The notes under the pieces are model-generated. The model was given only the letters and a program-made list of their open reading frames with translations, had not been told where the DNA came from and ran no database searches. Shown here one piece after another: positions 9,238 to 18,909 of a stretch of DNA of 57,005 bases. Positions within the stretch are counted from its first letter, which is position 1, and every line of letters starts with the position of its first letter. The stretch is from a virus (lineage: Duplodnaviria > Caudoviricetes). The stretch is taken from positions 1 through 57,005 of the IMG/VR virus record IMGVR_UViG_3300000095_000003. One strand, written 5' to 3'. Made by a program: the position numbers and the translations under genes.

Positions 9238-9448
9238 ACTTAAATCCTAGACTTAGATACTTCTGGGCAGTAGCAAATCCACTATTACTACTCATCTTCA
9301 CGTCTGAAACATAAAACCTAGCTTGTTTATAATTCTTCCATTGATTATCTTCATAAACTTCTAAAAATAAAGATTCATCCGACTTTCGTGTCCATCTAAG
9401 TAATTTCATATTATTTTTTTTAAATCCGAATAGTGACAGGTAGAACAA
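9224..9448 (-). CDS. hypothetical protein (start uncertain)
   Basis: co-oriented ORF. Confidence 0.45.
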   Translation of the reverse strand: MFYLSLFGFKKNNMKLLRWTRKSDESLFLEVYEDNQWKNYKQARFYVSDVKMSSNSGFATAQKYLSLGFKYETK

Positions 9449-9486
9449 TACTCATAATATCCTCTCAGAGGGGTCTATTTGTTCGT

Positions 9487-9538
9487 TTAAGACACCTTAA
9501 ATCTAAAAAAGGTGTGAGTAATTAAGATGCCTTAAATC
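9487..9538. repeat. two 17-bp direct repeats, each self-palindromic (TTAAG-N4-CTTAA)
   Basis: TTAAGACACCTTAAATC 9487-9503 and TTAAGATGCCTTAAATC 9522-9538. Confidence 0.7.
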
Positions 9539-9544
9539 GCGAAA

Positions 9545-9853
9545 TTAGGGCTTACTATTCCTTTCTAGTTCGGCTAATCCCGCTGCAATGTTTTTTATTG
9601 CAAACACATCAGCCTCTTGTCTTGAGAGTTTTGTACAGTTTATTAAATCGTGAAGTAGATGAAATACTGCTGCATGACTAATAGGATAAGTGACTCCGAA
9701 AAGTAAAAAAGCTATACTCTTATGAAGATGTGAACCTTGTAAAGTCTCGTTCCATATTATCTCAGCTAATTGTAAAGTAAGTAAATCTTTAGACTTCACC
9801 TCTTGTATAAAAGAATCAAGTTCTTCAATTGGAGCTAAATTAAAACTATACAT
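9545..9853 (-). CDS. hypothetical protein
   Basis: co-oriented ORF. Confidence 0.55.
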   Translation of the reverse strand: MYSFNLAPIEELDSFIQEVKSKDLLTLQLAEIIWNETLQGSHLHKSIAFLLFGVTYPISHAAVFHLLHDLINCTKLSRQEADVFAIKNIAAGLAELERNSKP

Positions 9854-9854
9854 C

Positions 9855-10898
9855 TCACTCTCCTAATAAGAAAAATAGTTCAGCTAAAGTTCTCTCTTCA
9901 TTTACTCGTTTAGATGAGTTTTTGTATTCCAAGAAAGTATTAGCTTCATCCATACTTAGAGCTTTTAATTCATGCTGAAGGAACAATCTTCCCGGTCTAA
10001 TTAATGCAGAATCTAAGTTAGAAATATGAGTGTTGAAAGTTGCTAATAATCCACAATTGTAGATTTCAGCTAAGATACCATCAGTGAGATTTAAGAGATT
10101 AGCAGTAGCAGCACTTCGAGTACCTGCGTCCACTAATATGTTCTCTGCATCTTCCGCAATTATTATCTTTTCAGTGTGTTGCAATAGAAACTTAGTAAAA
10201 TCAGGTGTTCCTAATAATTTGATATTTTCTGGAGAGAAGTATAGTAATCTATCATTCTTCTGAGCTATTAACTGCTTGAGAAGTGTAGATTTACCAGTGC
10301 CAGGTTCTCCATGAAGAAGAACTAACTTCCTGTGAGCTTCTAAGAATTCTTGTAACTTATCATACACATCTAAGAAACTCTTGCCATAATGAATAGTAAG
10401 TTCTTCTCTAGATAATTGTTGAAATGCAAACTTCCTTCTGATTGTATCTAGCTCTCCTTGATTAAGGATTACTAACTCAATCATTGGTTCCATAATCTTC
10501 TTAGGAACACGAACGTAATGTTTCTTAGATAACTTAATTGCTCTATCTATTAGATTTAAGTTACTCTCCGTATTTGAGAAATGTAATACAAAAACGATAG
10601 ATCTACCTTCTACAAACTTAACTACTAGAATTTCTTTCTTCTTATCTAAGTAAATAGTTTTATCTATATCTCTTAAATTTCTAGGTGAGTGTCCAAAATC
10701 TTTAATCAATATCTCCAAATCTAGAAGAGGAAATAAGTTCTTCTCAAATCCTTTAGTCAATCGTTGAAATACTGCTCTAGATGGATATTTACCAAATTGA
10801 TCTATATATAAAGCTACGTTTTCTCTATCATCGTCATAGATATTGCTAGCGTAATCTTGATATATGAGAGAAGAATTAGTCATGATTTGAGACTCCAT
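9855..10898 (-). CDS. AAA+ ATPase
   Basis: Walker A GEPGTGKS, Walker B IIAEDAE, LLNLTDG, LDSALIRPGR. Confidence 0.9.
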   Translation of the reverse strand: MESQIMTNSSLIYQDYASNIYDDDRENVALYIDQFGKYPSRAVFQRLTKGFEKNLFPLLDLEILIKDFGHSPRNLRDIDKTIYLDKKKEILVVKFVEGRSIVFVLHFSNTESNLNLIDRAIKLSKKHYVRVPKKIMEPMIELVILNQGELDTIRRKFAFQQLSREELTIHYGKSFLDVYDKLQEFLEAHRKLVLLHGEPGTGKSTLLKQLIAQKNDRLLYFSPENIKLLGTPDFTKFLLQHTEKIIIAEDAENILVDAGTRSAATANLLNLTDGILAEIYNCGLLATFNTHISNLDSALIRPGRLFLQHELKALSMDEANTFLEYKNSSKRVNEERTLAELFFLLGE

Positions 10899-10906
10899 TA
10901 AATTTA

Positions 10907-11170
10907 CTAGATTAACTTAGATAAACGATTACGAGAAATTTCTATCTCTACTAATTCTTTTACTTCTGGAAATACTTCACAATAAGCTCTTACACTACAA
11001 GCTATAAGAAACAAATCAATGATACTATCTCCTATTCTTGGAGGATCTGGTATAGAAGCTATTTTTACTCGTAGCTCTTTATCATATTTATCTCTATCTA
11101 TTAGAGAATTTAATAATGCAGTATACGCTTTGACTATATCTTTGTCTTCACTACTCTCTAAAATATTCAT
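10907..11170 (-). CDS. hypothetical protein
   Basis: co-oriented ORF. Confidence 0.5.
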   Translation of the reverse strand: MNILESSEDKDIVKAYTALLNSLIDRDKYDKELRVKIASIPDPPRIGDSIIDLFLIACSVRAYCEVFPEVKELVEIEISRNRLSKLI

Positions 11171-11358
11171 GATTCTTCTTTTACTTCTATAGTGTTCTGA
11201 GCAGTTAATCTACTATAAGTATGTTCTAATTTAGTTAGATGCTCAATTGGAATTACTCCAAGATAAGTAGTTATGAGACAATCTACTAATTCATCTACAG
11301 TTAAATCAAAAGTAGAAGCTATTATCTGCAATCGATTTAAATTAGACTTACTAATCAT
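11167..11358 (-). CDS. small hypothetical protein, possible ribbon-helix-helix fold
   Basis: ISKSNLNRLQIIASTFDLTVDELVDCLITTYL. Confidence 0.4.
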   Translation of the reverse strand: MISKSNLNRLQIIASTFDLTVDELVDCLITTYLGVIPIEHLTKLEHTYSRLTAQNTIEVKEES

Positions 11359-11361
11359 GTA

Positions 11362-12189
11362 TTACTCCCAAATAAAGTTAATTTCTTCTTCTGCAATATC
11401 GAATTGTTGTGCAAAAGCTAGAATCGCATCTTTGCTAGTATTATTTTCAAATCTTCCTACAAACTCACTATCTTTATCTTTTCTATAAAGAGCTACAGAA
11501 ATCCAGTGAGGGTAAGGAGTATTAAAGTAAGGAAATACGTTGAAACGTTTCTTTTCACTTTCAGAATCTTGAAAAATATCGTCTACTAATTCGACCCACT
11601 CAGTCATTTCTCTTTCAATTTCACATTCTACTGATTTATTACACACTGCCTCAATTCGGTCATAAAGTGTTTTAGGAATTTGAATGTTAATCATTTCATT
11701 ATCTAGATCTTTCTCTACATACCCCAAGTATTTCTCTGCTGCATCACACAAGACTGCTTCTGTAGTCCAACCTTTTTCTTGAGCAACTTTCTCTCCTATA
11801 TTCCAGAGTTTTTGAGGTACATCGAAGTTAACTAGCTTTTTCCATTGAATTGTCATAGTATTCCCTTCTGCTTTGTCAATAAAAACTAACTTAGATTCAT
11901 CTACATCATAGTATTTCTTTAAATGTCGAATTAAATCTTCTTTTCCTCCCCAAATACCTTCATAGTGTCCTAAACAATCATGATTGTAATCTTCTGGATT
12001 AATAGCTTCTACTAAATACCAGTCAAAAGGTTCTAGTGACTTATTTCCTTTAGAGTCATACTCATAATCGCTATAAGTTGTTACTTTGAATCTAGACATT
12101 ATTTGCTCCTTAGCTATGCTTACTATTGATTCAGGTTCAGATAAAATACCGAGCAGTAACTCACTTGCTTGACCTTCAATTTTTATCAT
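11362..12189 (-). CDS. multi-module hypothetical protein with possible RHH/CopG-like segments
   Basis: VNFDVPQKLWNIGEKVAQEKGWTTEAVL and INIQIPKTLYDRIE; internal GAAGGG+ATG. Confidence 0.5.
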   Translation of the reverse strand: MIKIEGQASELLLGILSEPESIVSIAKEQIMSRFKVTTYSDYEYDSKGNKSLEPFDWYLVEAINPEDYNHDCLGHYEGIWGGKEDLIRHLKKYYDVDESKLVFIDKAEGNTMTIQWKKLVNFDVPQKLWNIGEKVAQEKGWTTEAVLCDAAEKYLGYVEKDLDNEMINIQIPKTLYDRIEAVCNKSVECEIEREMTEWVELVDDIFQDSESEKKRFNVFPYFNTPYPHWISVALYRKDKDSEFVGRFENNTSKDAILAFAQQFDIAEEEINFIWE

Positions 12190-12229
12190 ATTTCTAAGGG
12201 AGTAGTTTTAAACCCCCCATTACTTAAAT

Positions 12230-13591
12230 TCAAATATTACTAATTGCTACTCCACCTGACTGTCTTGCTATTTTTAATAAATGGTCATTAGTTCCACCTA
12301 CAATAATAGTGTTCAATCTAATACAACCTAAATGTTCGAGTTTTAATGAAGTAGTATTGTCACATCCATCAGTAACTACTAACAACTCTGGTTTAGTTAG
12401 ATTAAGATTATTCTCTAACTTCTTATTGATTCGCTTAATAGCTTCTTTTGTACAATGGGCTATTGCAGTGCTTCCCTCATCAAAGTTTTCATATTTAATT
12501 TTACTCATTAGATTCCTTACTTCGGATAAAGAATCGGAAGATGCAGTATATTCCTTACCTAACTCATCATGAAAGAAAGAAAAACTTACTTCTGCTTCTC
12601 CTTCTAAGACTGCTTTGAGTCTATTCATTAACACTCCACCAGCTTTGAGGAAGTTATTACCAGAGTGCATTGAACTTGAACAATCAATTAAAAGATAAAG
12701 TAACATTCTCTTCTCTTGTTTAGAACATCTTTCTCTAATAGTTGATGTTCCAGATATAATTCTGTAATTGAGATAGTTTCGATTATATATAAGCTCTTCA
12801 GGATTTAATCTATCTATCTCACTAAAATCATTAATCGGACGATATCTAACTTCACTTCCATTTGGGTCAGGAGTTAATCTTACCTGTTTTCCAGTCCTTA
12901 ACTTAACTAATTTATCTAGATTTCTCTTAATTTGCAACATTACTTCTTTACCATTAAGCATATCTTCTGCCATTGATAGCTGGCTCTTATCACCTAGAGG
13001 CCCAGTAAACTCTAATAATTGCTTTTCGTGATAATCTAAGTTTGATATAGCTTCAAATGTCTTATTGAGTCTATCCGCTAATTTCTCCTGATTTTGATTG
13101 AAGATTGGTAGAATTTCCTCATCATCACCTTGTCTATTACTTGACTCTCCTCCTTCTTGAGTAGATAAGATTTTTACTAAAGATAGCGACTTTTCTAACG
13201 GAGAAACACCTGGAACATTACTAATATCAAGACTACGAACAAAGTTCTGTATATTTCGATGATAGTTAACTTCTTTAATAGCTGCTAACTCTCTAGCTTT
13301 AAATTTATCTTTTACATAATTATCATTAGAATCTCTTAGATACTCTCTTCCTTTATATATATATCTTCCATTACTATGAGTAGTTAAACACTTATCTAGG
13401 TAATTGCCTCTCCTCAAATTATCTACTATCTGATGTTCCGGAATAAATGAACCACCAGCTTGTATATTACATAAGTCCTCTACTAAATCTTTCGAGAAGG
13501 CTTTCAAACCTATTCTCTCAGCCATTTCTTGAATATCCCTTTGACTAGGAGGAAGATAATTGCTTGGAGGATTTGTTCTAGGTGTAGTCAT
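12230..13591 (-). CDS. VWA domain protein (ViaA/CoxE-like)
   Basis: MIDAS motif LLIDCSSSM, GSTAI, LLVVTDG; adjacent to MoxR ATPase. Confidence 0.85.
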   Translation of the reverse strand: MTTPRTNPPSNYLPPSQRDIQEMAERIGLKAFSKDLVEDLCNIQAGGSFIPEHQIVDNLRRGNYLDKCLTTHSNGRYIYKGREYLRDSNDNYVKDKFKARELAAIKEVNYHRNIQNFVRSLDISNVPGVSPLEKSLSLVKILSTQEGGESSNRQGDDEEILPIFNQNQEKLADRLNKTFEAISNLDYHEKQLLEFTGPLGDKSQLSMAEDMLNGKEVMLQIKRNLDKLVKLRTGKQVRLTPDPNGSEVRYRPINDFSEIDRLNPEELIYNRNYLNYRIISGTSTIRERCSKQEKRMLLYLLIDCSSSMHSGNNFLKAGGVLMNRLKAVLEGEAEVSFSFFHDELGKEYTASSDSLSEVRNLMSKIKYENFDEGSTAIAHCTKEAIKRINKKLENNLNLTKPELLVVTDGCDNTTSLKLEHLGCIRLNTIIVGGTNDHLLKIARQSGGVAISNI

Positions 13592-13661
13592 TTCTCTATT
13601 TTCCTTAATATTAATTGAGTCTTAGCTCTGATAATTAGTAGTTACCAGAGCCGATTCTTAG

Positions 13662-14801
13662 CTATTTCACATATCCTTTTGCAGATTTCAAAGCTTTATC
13701 AGAAAGCTCGATAACCTCATTTTGAAGATTATTTCTTTGTTCTGTTAATTGGTCAGGAACTCTAATATTAGAAACTTTCTCATTAATGTTGTCTAACTTT
13801 GCGGATAGATTTAATAGCATTGTACCTTTCTGAGAAGAAGGAATCTTTGAATTCCCATTATAATCAGTCATCTTTTGGGAAATTTCGTTCACTTCTTTTC
13901 TTGCTTTGTCTAACTGCGCGGTGGCTTCTCTAATGACTGTTACTCTCTCCAACTTAGCAGCTAAATCATCAAGAATACCATCAGTTCCAGAAATAAACTT
14001 AATAGCCCATAAATCGTCCTCATTAGCTTCTTTTCTTTCTTGAATAGTCGCTGAAGCTCTTAAAGAACTAAGACATACCATAGCTTGCCGTGGGCTAATC
14101 CATTGTCCCTTGCTATGAGCATCAGCAATCAGTCCAGCTAATACTTTTTTCAAATCATTAGAAATCGATATAGTTGAAGAGTTGTTATCCGCAGTTAAAA
14201 ATAAGTTATAGAAAGCCTCTTGATTATAAGAAGGCCATGCTACATTAATCTGCCAAGGAAATCTTTCAACTAAGGCTTGATAAGATGCTCCCATGTCTGC
14301 AATTTCCGCTGGATTACGGTTTGTTGCAGCTATTAACATTAAAGTCTTCATCTCATAAGATTGATGTCCATTATTTAAGCAACGAGATGTCAGAGTGTCT
14401 TTAAGAGCTAGTAGAACTGAGGGTGGAGCATCAAAAAGTTCCTCAAAAAGATAATTAGCGCAGTTTAAAAAGCAATTATCGGGTTGAAATTCTAACCGTG
14501 GATTTTCAGTACAGTTAAGAGCTTTCATGTTTATCCCGCCATACATCTTAGCTTCCGTCATACCTTCTCCGAAACTCTGGATACCAAAGTTCTGACCCTT
14601 AGATTGTTGTAGTGCCTTAAAGAGCGCTCTTACTATTTCACTTTTTCCGTGACCACCAGGGCCGTAAAATAAAAGATTAATAGGTTTTCCTGCTTCAATA
14701 GATGCTAAAGCTAGAGATAAAATTTCCTTTACTTCATCGGCATAAACAAAAGTCTTCAAAGCATCTGCAACTACTGGAAGGATACGATTAGAGTTAGTCA
14801 T
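13662..14801 (-). CDS. MoxR/RavA-type AAA+ ATPase
   Basis: NLLFYGPGGHGKS, LFEEL, IAATN, ALVERF, ISPRQ. Confidence 0.85.
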   Translation of the reverse strand: MTNSNRILPVVADALKTFVYADEVKEILSLALASIEAGKPINLLFYGPGGHGKSEIVRALFKALQQSKGQNFGIQSFGEGMTEAKMYGGINMKALNCTENPRLEFQPDNCFLNCANYLFEELFDAPPSVLLALKDTLTSRCLNNGHQSYEMKTLMLIAATNRNPAEIADMGASYQALVERFPWQINVAWPSYNQEAFYNLFLTADNNSSTISISNDLKKVLAGLIADAHSKGQWISPRQAMVCLSSLRASATIQERKEANEDDLWAIKFISGTDGILDDLAAKLERVTVIREATAQLDKARKEVNEISQKMTDYNGNSKIPSSQKGTMLLNLSAKLDNINEKVSNIRVPDQLTEQRNNLQNEVIELSDKALKSAKGYVK

Positions 14802-14837
14802 AATTATTTTTTTAGTTGGGTTAACTGCTGAACAAAC

Positions 14838-14916
14838 TACTTTACTTAAGATTTTTATGGATAACCTTAAAAATAAAGTAAAACCTCCACTAAAACAACC
14901 AATCTTAGTAGAGGTG
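14838..14916 (-). ncRNA. two-hairpin kissing-loop motif, copy A
   Basis: ACCUCUACUAAGA-UUGGUUG-UUUUAGUGGAGGU, short U linker, hairpin 2 with loop AUCCAUAAA. Confidence 0.75.
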
Positions 14917-14939
14917 AAAAGAAATTAACTGTCAGAGAA

Positions 14940-15290
14940 TTATCTAGGCTTTACTAATACCTTCCACCACTTAGGTGATTTTATTAATTCAATTGCAACG
15001 TTACTTACATTATTTGCATCTTCACAAGCCTTTTTCCAACAATCTTCATAAGATACAAAGACTCTATTTATTTCAGTATTAAAAGTTTCACTTGATACTG
15101 TAAAAGAGCTATGTTCTATTCCCTTCTTAGAAAGTTCTAAAAAACCTCTATCTTTTTCCCCTACTACAAACTGAGGTATTACAACAAAAGAATAATCACC
15201 TAAATCTATATCATCTGGAATTGCTTGACATAAAGCGTAATCTTTACGAAGAAACTCATTAATATTTACTGGAACGGTTGGAACTATCAT
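14940..15290 (-). CDS. hypothetical protein
   Basis: AAGGAGA RBS, co-oriented. Confidence 0.6.
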   Translation of the reverse strand: MIVPTVPVNINEFLRKDYALCQAIPDDIDLGDYSFVVIPQFVVGEKDRGFLELSKKGIEHSSFTVSSETFNTEINRVFVSYEDCWKKACEDANNVSNVAIELIKSPKWWKVLVKPR

Positions 15291-15346
15291 GATATTCTCC
15301 TTTAATTATGTATTTGAACTTAGTGAAGGTAATAACGTCCCTAGAA

Positions 15347-15634
15347 TTACAACAACTCTAAGGACTTGATATGAAGAGTTACCGCATTTACTACATTGTT
15401 TAAGCAGTAAGGAGTTATGCCCTTCTTTCTCATTCTATTATAGAGATTTGCTACCTTATTACCTGTCTCTAAATCTCCAATAGAAAGGTAAGAGATAACA
15501 TTTGAACTATCTATTTCTTCTTTTTGAGATATAACTTTTGCACTAATTCCATTTTCTCCACTAATTAAAACTACTGCATTTTCCGTATTAGTTTTAGGCA
15601 AAGATACTGTCCATTTCCAAGTTCTAGTCAACAT
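15347..15634 (-). CDS. hypothetical protein
   Basis: AGGAGG RBS. Confidence 0.6.
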   Translation of the reverse strand: MLTRTWKWTVSLPKTNTENAVVLISGENGISAKVISQKEEIDSSNVISYLSIGDLETGNKVANLYNRMRKKGITPYCLNNVVNAVTLHIKSLELL

Positions 15635-15650
15635 AATCTAACCTCCTAAG

Positions 15651-15689
15651 AAAATAAGAAAGGCTCAGAAAACTAAAACTTCTAAGCCT
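15651..15689 (-). terminator. intrinsic terminator
   Basis: AGGCTTAGAAG/TTTCTGAGCCT stem followed by TTCTTATTTT. Confidence 0.6.
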
Positions 15690-15700
15690 ATAAGAACTAT

Positions 15701-16441
15701 CTACTGAATATCAAACGTGTGATACAAATCTAACAATAATAGAAATCCTCTAGCTTCTTTTCTACCATCCAAATCAGAAATGGAAGATAAAGAACCTGAT
15801 TCTAGTAATTTCTGTATTTTCTTAACTAAATCACCACTAATAGCTGTCATCCCTCTTCCAAGAAACTCACTTGCTCTTACTATATCTTTGAATTTTTCGA
15901 TATCTCCAGACTTTAAATCTTTTTGGACTTGTTCTGGTATATTTTCCCATAGTTCTTGTTTTTCTGATAATTTAGAAAATGACTTAGTAATAATTTCAAC
16001 AGCTATAACTATTGTAGAGGGAGAACTATTAGTAGAAAGTTCTTTAGTAGGTGGAGTATAGTCTTCTTGAATTACTACTGTCAAATCTAAACTTTCTAGT
16101 CGGCTAACTATATCTTTTACTAGCTCCATCATTTTTTCCTTATTCTTACCAACTAATCTGTGACGAGAACCTTCTATATAAAACTTATTCTCATATCTAG
16201 GGTTTAGTCCTTCTTCGATAGTAATTTGGTCAGTATCAACTTTCCCAGTCAAAAGCTTAGACATTACTACCATCTTTGCTCCTAACTCCTCACTTGCATA
16301 ATGCACTGGTAGCTCGTATTCTTTCTCTAGTATAGACAGTAAATTTCTAACAACTCCATATTTAGAAGGACTGGTATTGATAATAAAACTTTCACTGTCA
16401 ATATGAGTAAACTGAACATCACTTCTTTCTAAAATAGCCAT
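15701..16441 (-). CDS. hypothetical protein (start moved to MAILE)
   Basis: upstream TTG extension is a low-complexity T-rich tract. Confidence 0.55.
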   Translation of the reverse strand: MAILERSDVQFTHIDSESFIINTSPSKYGVVRNLLSILEKEYELPVHYASEELGAKMVVMSKLLTGKVDTDQITIEEGLNPRYENKFYIEGSRHRLVGKNKEKMMELVKDIVSRLESLDLTVVIQEDYTPPTKELSTNSSPSTIVIAVEIITKSFSKLSEKQELWENIPEQVQKDLKSGDIEKFKDIVRASEFLGRGMTAISGDLVKKIQKLLESGSLSSISDLDGRKEARGFLLLLDLYHTFDIQ

Positions 16442-16526
16442 AGTTTTTAAATAATATAAAGTACAAATAAAGAAAAAAGAGAAGATAGTAAGAAATATAC
16501 TACCTTCTCTCATTAAACTCAAACTT

Positions 16527-16940
16527 TTACAGATGTAGATAAATTGAAGCTAAAAACATTGCTTGAGTAAATTCAACCTCTTCCTTCTGTCTAAGTGAGC
16601 CTAAATCTACATCTAGAAGAGAATTTAGATATCCAATGACAAATGGAATAAGAACATATTCACTAAACTTCTTACTAATCCAAGTCTTATTTGCTAACCT
16701 CTTCTTACTTGTTTCTTCAAAATCTTCCATTAATTCAGGAATTGAAGAGTATTCCTCTAAAGTTTTGCTCAACTGCTTCTTCTCTAAACGAACAAATAAT
16801 CCTTTCAGAATGCTACAGACTTTGGGATTGTTGAGCATTAGATCGAAAAACATTCTAGTCTTTTCTGACTTTGACTTCAGGTAAGAATGAATACCTTCTT
16901 GAGTTACAGGATACCAATATTGTTCGGTTTCATTAGTCAT
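16527..16940 (-). CDS. hypothetical protein
   Basis: AAGGAGA RBS. Confidence 0.6.
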   Translation of the reverse strand: MTNETEQYWYPVTQEGIHSYLKSKSEKTRMFFDLMLNNPKVCSILKGLFVRLEKKQLSKTLEEYSSIPELMEDFEETSKKRLANKTWISKKFSEYVLIPFVIGYLNSLLDVDLGSLRQKEEVEFTQAMFLASIYLHL

Positions 16941-17006
16941 TTGATTTTCTCCTTAATTTAGTGATGTCATATTTTTTAATTCTCAATCATTAAATAAAAG
17001 AGAATA

Positions 17007-17579
17007 TTACACTTTCCTCTTATAAGACACTAGATAATCGTGCATTCCAAACCATTGAGGAATATCTATAGAATGTATTTTTTCCCATTCTTCTTCTAGT
17101 AAATCAAAGAAATTACCATCTCCAGTACATCCTTCAGAACCTTCTCCCACAAAAATTACTTGATTACCTTTATAAGCTTTTAGACAATCATAAGCAAAAG
17201 AAGTATTATAAGGTGGCCAACAAAGAAATAAAGTATGGTTAGGATAATTAGCTAATATATCAACTGAATTAATCTTAGTGATTTCGTACTATTGATTTTT
17301 ACACCAATGATTATCATAAGGGGATTCATCAAAAGCTATAACTTCTCCACCTGAATCACTTATTAGTTTAGACCAATATCCTGTACCTGCTCCCATCTCA
17401 ATTATTGGAGATTGAGATACTAAATAATCAATAGCTTCTTGATTTGGTATTGCCCATGAATAATGCTTAGTTAATGCAAACCTTTCTTTAGACCCCACAC
17501 AATGATAGAGGTCATTATATTTTCCTTGCTCAAACTCTTCTAAATATGGATTAGCTATTTTAATTTCAGTACAAATCAT
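17007..17579 (-). pseudogene. class I SAM-dependent methyltransferase-like gene interrupted by one in-frame TAG (17289-17291)
   Basis: YSWAIP, IIEMGAGTGYW before the stop; same frame continues YEITK...LFLCWPPY...IFVGEGSEGCTGD...IPQWFGMHD to TAA at 17007. Confidence 0.75.
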
Positions 17580-17591
17580 AGTAATTTCTAT

Positions 17592-17656
17592 AAGCCATCA
17601 TCAGAGTAGACATTATCTACTGACATCCTAACTGAGAAGCTAAGATGTTTCGGCTT
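17592..17656 (-). ncRNA. type II hammerhead ribozyme
   Basis: AAGCC-GAAA-CAUCUUAGC(loop)GUUAGGAUG-UC^AGUAGA(UAAUG)UCUACU-CUGAUGA-U-GGCUU: full core, three stems, GUC cleavage triplet. Confidence 0.9.
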
Positions 17657-17659
17657 TTA

Positions 17660-18556
17660 CTAGATATGTATTATTGCCCAATCATCAGGTATGCGTTTAT
17701 CTTGATTGTAGTAATCTGGATGGACATAGAAACGTTCACCATCCTCTGAATTACAAGATATGTATCCTTCTTTTCGTACATAATTTTCTAATTCGTTTTT
17801 CTTACTAGCAATTTCTGTTTGAAACTTCTTGATTGTTGAAATTAACTTTTCCCTTTCTACATAATCTACTTGTTTCTTTAAGGTCTCAATAACTTTCTCT
17901 TTACTTGATGAAAAAAACGCTCGGCTACCACTAATAATTGATTTACCTTCAAATTGTCCATCCGATTGAGTGATTTCAAGTTCATAACCTTTATACTCAA
18001 TTTTCGTTGGTTTTGAATACTCATCTACTGCTTCTTGAAAATAGCTCACTACTAAAGTGTCTAGATAGTGATACCCTGATTCCTCAAAATTAATAGCTTC
18101 ACATTTACCATGCCAAAGAATTTCATTTGTTGTCTTCTCCTTCTCTTGCCAAGCTTCTAAAGTAAAATCATTGTAAACCACAGAAAAAGTCTTCATAGTG
18201 TTCTCCAAATGTTTGTCTACTTTATCAAGAAAGTTATCAACTAATTCATCAAAATACTCATCACCTTCAAACTCAATCTCTTTACAAGCACCTACATAAG
18301 TTCGTAGCCCGTGATATTTAAACTCTAACGTAAATCCTTTATAGATTAACTTTGATGGGTTACGTGGACATCTCAACTGTTTCTTAGCTAGATATTCACA
18401 GAATGGAAAAAGAATTGACTCAATACTAAGGTGATTCTCTACACTAAATCCCACTTTCACACATTTAGCAGAATAACGCTTAGCATATTTCCCTCCTCTA
18501 TCGTGTTCTTCTACTTCTAGATTGAAAGTATCCATAACCAATGTGAAATTTCTCAT
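17660..18556 (-). CDS. protein with four HicB-like N-terminal-domain repeats plus C-terminal P.WAII domain
   Basis: repeats such as YKGFTLEF...GAC...ELVDNFLDKVDKHL and YKGYELEI...KKQVDY. Confidence 0.6.
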   Translation of the reverse strand: MRNFTLVMDTFNLEVEEHDRGGKYAKRYSAKCVKVGFSVENHLSIESILFPFCEYLAKKQLRCPRNPSKLIYKGFTLEFKYHGLRTYVGACKEIEFEGDEYFDELVDNFLDKVDKHLENTMKTFSVVYNDFTLEAWQEKEKTTNEILWHGKCEAINFEESGYHYLDTLVVSYFQEAVDEYSKPTKIEYKGYELEITQSDGQFEGKSIISGSRAFFSSSKEKVIETLKKQVDYVEREKLISTIKKFQTEIASKKNELENYVRKEGYISCNSEDGERFYVHPDYYNQDKRIPDDWAIIHI

Positions 18557-18658
18557 GTTGTTCTCCTTAGCTAAAAGTTTTGCAACTGCAATAAGTAATG
18601 TTGATTAGATAAGTAGTTAGTAACCTCCTACTAATGAGAAAGATTCGACAAAACTTGA

Positions 18659-18847
18659 TTACTTCTTAGGTTTAGGTTTGTCAAAAATTATCCTTACGAT
18701 TGTTTCTGCAACTTCAGGTATTTGAGCAGAAATTCGATTGAGTTGTGCTGTAAAAGCTGGGTCATACTGTACTTGATTTTTTAATCGTTGACATTCTTCC
18801 TCCCATACTTCATCTGGAATATCGGGATTAACTCCACCTGCTGCCAT
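18659..18847 (-). CDS. small hypothetical protein
   Basis: AGGAGA RBS. Confidence 0.55.
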   Translation of the reverse strand: MAAGGVNPDIPDEVWEEECQRLKNQVQYDPAFTAQLNRISAQIPEVAETIVRIIFDKPKPKK

Positions 18848-18909
18848 TTGTTTTGTCTCCTAAATAAGTAAAGTTGAGTGAAATTGGGTTAGCCACTTCT
18901 CGCGTTGAG

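Noticed and set aside
17289-17291. Genome-wide TAG reassignment
   Set aside because: Many genes end in TAG with tight packing to the next gene, and long genes such as terL are uninterrupted in the standard code
18557-18658. Structured element in the 18.6 kb spacer (AAGTTTTG/CAAAACTT plus inner hairpin)
   Set aside because: Single copy, AT-rich stems, no recognisable core; too weak to call
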